The notes under the pieces are model-generated. The model made no database searches, was not told where the DNA came from, and saw only the letters and a list, made by a program, of their open reading frames with translations. From contig OY761158.1 in NCBI GenBank assembly GCA_963664405.1, forward strand, positions 5,728,001 to 5,792,000: a DNA stretch of 64,000 bases, read 5' to 3'. This document shows positions 61,965 through 64,000 of the stretch, one piece after another (position 1 is the first letter of the stretch; every line of letters starts with the position of its first letter). The position numbers and the translations under genes were made by a program. This stretch comes from Thermoanaerobaculia bacterium (GTDB lineage Bacteria > Acidobacteriota > Thermoanaerobaculia > Multivoradales > Multivoraceae).

Positions 61965-63158
61965 ATGCAACTGTCGAAAGAGTTCCGCAGTCTGCTGGAG
62001 TCGGGTATGGATCTGATGGCCGTAGGAGCCGACGAGATTGCGCGGACTCTGCCGCCGGTCGAGCCGGGCAGGTTCCTCGACCTGAACGCGGACGACGGCA
62101 GCTACGAGGTGAAAGACGAGCAAGGCTTCGGTGCCGGTTTTCTCGCCGGCAAGATGTGGATGCTGTACGACTACTTCGGCAAAGAGAGCTACGGCGATGC
62201 CGCGGCGGAGATCACGCGCTGGTGTGCGAGCCTGGCGCCGAGGACCGAAGTGGATATCGGCTTCGTTTCTCAGTACGCGCCGGCGATGGGCTACGAGCTG
62301 ACCGGGGAGGCGTGGATGAAGGAGCAAGCCCTCACAGGGTGCGCGTCCTTCGTCAAGAACTACAACCCCGAGCTCGGTCTCCTGATGGTATGGCCGCCGG
62401 ACATCCCCAAGCCGGACTTCGTTTTGCAGGTGCCGCGGAAGGTCCACGATTGGGAGAGCTACATCGATAGCGCGGCCTGCTCCAGCGTTTTGTGGTGGGC
62501 AAGGCGCTTCGAGCCGAAGTACGGAGAGATCGCCCACACCCAACAAGAGAGCGTGCGCCGGTGGGGCTTGATCCAGGCCGGTGGGAGAGTGCACCATCTG
62601 ATCGCCTTCGACCCTGCGTCGGGAGAGCCGATCGAGTTTCACACCGCGCAGGGCTATGACGACCACAGCCAATGGACCCGGGCTCAGGGCTGGGGCATGA
62701 ACTCATCGGTCTTCGCCTTCGAGGCTACGGGCGAGAGTCAGTTCCTCGTCGCGGCAGTCGAAACCTGCGATTATTTCCAAGAGCACATGTTGCCGGACAC
62801 AAGCACCGTCCCCTTCTATGATCTCGATGACCCACGCATCCCCGACATTGCTCGTGACACCTGCTCTACCACGCTTGCAATCAACGCCATGGTGCGCCTC
62901 ATGCAGGAGCAGCCAGAGCTCGAGCCCAGGTACGCTGCCTTTGTCGAGAGGGCCATAGCGGAGCTGTTGGAGAGCCACACCACGCCGGAGGGGATCGTCA
63001 TCCACGGTAGTTGGGGGAACATGCACAGCGACGTCGCCGAATGCGTCATGCCCTACGGCAACCTCTATCTGACCGAGACGCTCTACCGACTGCTCCGGCC
63101 TGGTAAAGACGTCTGGGGGATTCGCTCCCCGATCCAAAACGGGCTCGACCAAGCGTGA
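61965..63158 (+). CDS. Divergent GH88-like (unsaturated glucuronyl hydrolase) alpha/alpha-toroid protein
   Basis: GFLAG.MW..Y, DIGF, YID, TAQGY...S.W.R.QGWG, RD.. and YG..Y..E.L. Confidence 0.68.
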   Translation: MQLSKEFRSLLESGMDLMAVGADEIARTLPPVEPGRFLDLNADDGSYEVKDEQGFGAGFLAGKMWMLYDYFGKESYGDAAAEITRWCASLAPRTEVDIGFVSQYAPAMGYELTGEAWMKEQALTGCASFVKNYNPELGLLMVWPPDIPKPDFVLQVPRKVHDWESYIDSAACSSVLWWARRFEPKYGEIAHTQQESVRRWGLIQAGGRVHHLIAFDPASGEPIEFHTAQGYDDHSQWTRAQGWGMNSSVFAFEATGESQFLVAAVETCDYFQEHMLPDTSTVPFYDLDDPRIPDIARDTCSTTLAINAMVRLMQEQPELEPRYAAFVERAIAELLESHTTPEGIVIHGSWGNMHSDVAECVMPYGNLYLTETLYRLLRPGKDVWGIRSPIQNGLDQA

Positions 63159-64000
63159 GCTCCATCGAGCTGGGTGATCCGCACGTAGTAGTAGTCGCCG
63201 GCGCTGCCGGTTAGGTCGGTATAGCTCAGCTCCTGATCAAGCGGCGCATCGGGGTCCACAAATTGCACCGACACTCGGTCGGCGTGCCCGTCGACGGGTA
63301 GCGGGTACTCGACACGGCTCCCTCGCAGCTCTCCGAGCTCGATGCGGAGATCAATCGGTGGAATCTCGTCGCCAGGGAGCAGCGACGAGATTGAGCTGGT
63401 CCCGAGCGAGGCTTCGAGGCGCAGGCGCAGAGCCGTCGCCGGTCCGGCGCCGTCGAGCTCCAGCAGAATGGAGTCGGCGCGCCCCCGGGTGAGGATCTGC
63501 AATTGAACCTCCTGCGGCGACTCGGGATCGATCGTCACAGACTCCCGCGTTGCATGGTCGAGGCCAACCGGGCGCACACTCTTCAGGCTCGCCCCCGCGA
63601 CTTCGAGGACGCCTACCCAGTTGCGATAGCCACGAGGGTTCAGAACCTCGTCTCCCAGCGGATCGGAGGTCGATTCGAACACCACCTGCACGAAGACGTG
63701 TGGAGTAAGGGGGGCGGCGGCGTAGGGTCGACTCATCAGCACCTCTCCATTGCGTACCACGTCGATGCGCTCAATCGGTGCGGTGCCGGAGACTCGGCTC
63801 CAGATCTCGCGCTTCTGGCCGGCGGGCTGGCGGCTTCCCATCGGATAGCCATTGACGGTAGCTGCGAGCAGGATCCGCTGACCCGAGGTGGCGTATACGG
63901 CGCGGGCCCGCAGCGCATCAAAAATGGCGTCGGTGTCATTCTCCGCTGCCAGCACACCCGCGAGGCCCCCCGGCTGGGAGCCGCCGGCGAGCGGTGGAGG
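63083..64000 (-). CDS. DUF3604/PHP-like metallohydrolase, C-terminal part (runs off the window)
   Basis: GGLAGV.A.EN..DAIFDALRAR.VYATSG.RI and YYYVRITQ.DG..AWSSPFW. Confidence 0.75.
   Translation of the reverse strand, partial: PPPLAGGSQPGGLAGVLAAENDTDAIFDALRARAVYATSGQRILLAATVNGYPMGSRQPAGQKREIWSRVSGTAPIERIDVVRNGEVLMSRPYAAAPLTPHVFVQVVFESTSDPLGDEVLNPRGYRNWVGVLEVAGASLKSVRPVGLDHATRESVTIDPESPQEVQLQILTRGRADSILLELDGAGPATALRLRLEASLGTSSISSLLPGDEIPPIDLRIELGELRGSRVEYPLPVDGHADRVSVQFVDPDAPLDQELSYTDLTGSAGDYYYVRITQLDGAHAWSSPFWIGERIPQTSLPGRSSR

Overview
High-GC (~65%) bacterial chromosomal segment, probably Acidobacteriota/Thermoanaerobaculia-like. This is inferred from a secreted protein carrying two 'CLLxxRF..FWFF..N.E...K.LDG..FYGALSDVEY..VTDT.TG' domains, and it is not a database result. 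Most of the window is housekeeping or metabolic: rpsN/rpmE2, rlmN, bactofilin, chaC, grxD/bolA, a heterodimeric ABC exporter, yhbY, trmJ, prpE, upp, thiC, egtB and aceE-aceF-lpdA. A decayed integrated element or mosaic island (~35.7-44.8 kb) holds a truncated serine recombinase ending in a tRNA 3'-end fragment, an AbiEi/AbiEii-like pair, mobC, oriT/oriV-like sites and an IncW-type repA. The main signals the ORF track misses are: (1) two adjacent convergent UGA-recoded selenoprotein genes, a PrdB/GrdB-like UxxC protein and an AhpD-like CxxU protein, each with a SECIS-like hairpin; the AhpD-like gene is translationally coupled to thiC behind a TPP riboswitch; (2) an extra hairpin in the pyrophosphate-sensing arm of that riboswitch; (3) tandem NrdR boxes in front of a histone-H1-like gene rather than a ribonucleotide reductase; (4) a family of ~166-bp CTAG-bounded palindromic elements with compensatory changes and nesting. 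Several frameshifts, fragments and a tandem duplication could be real decay or assembly error.
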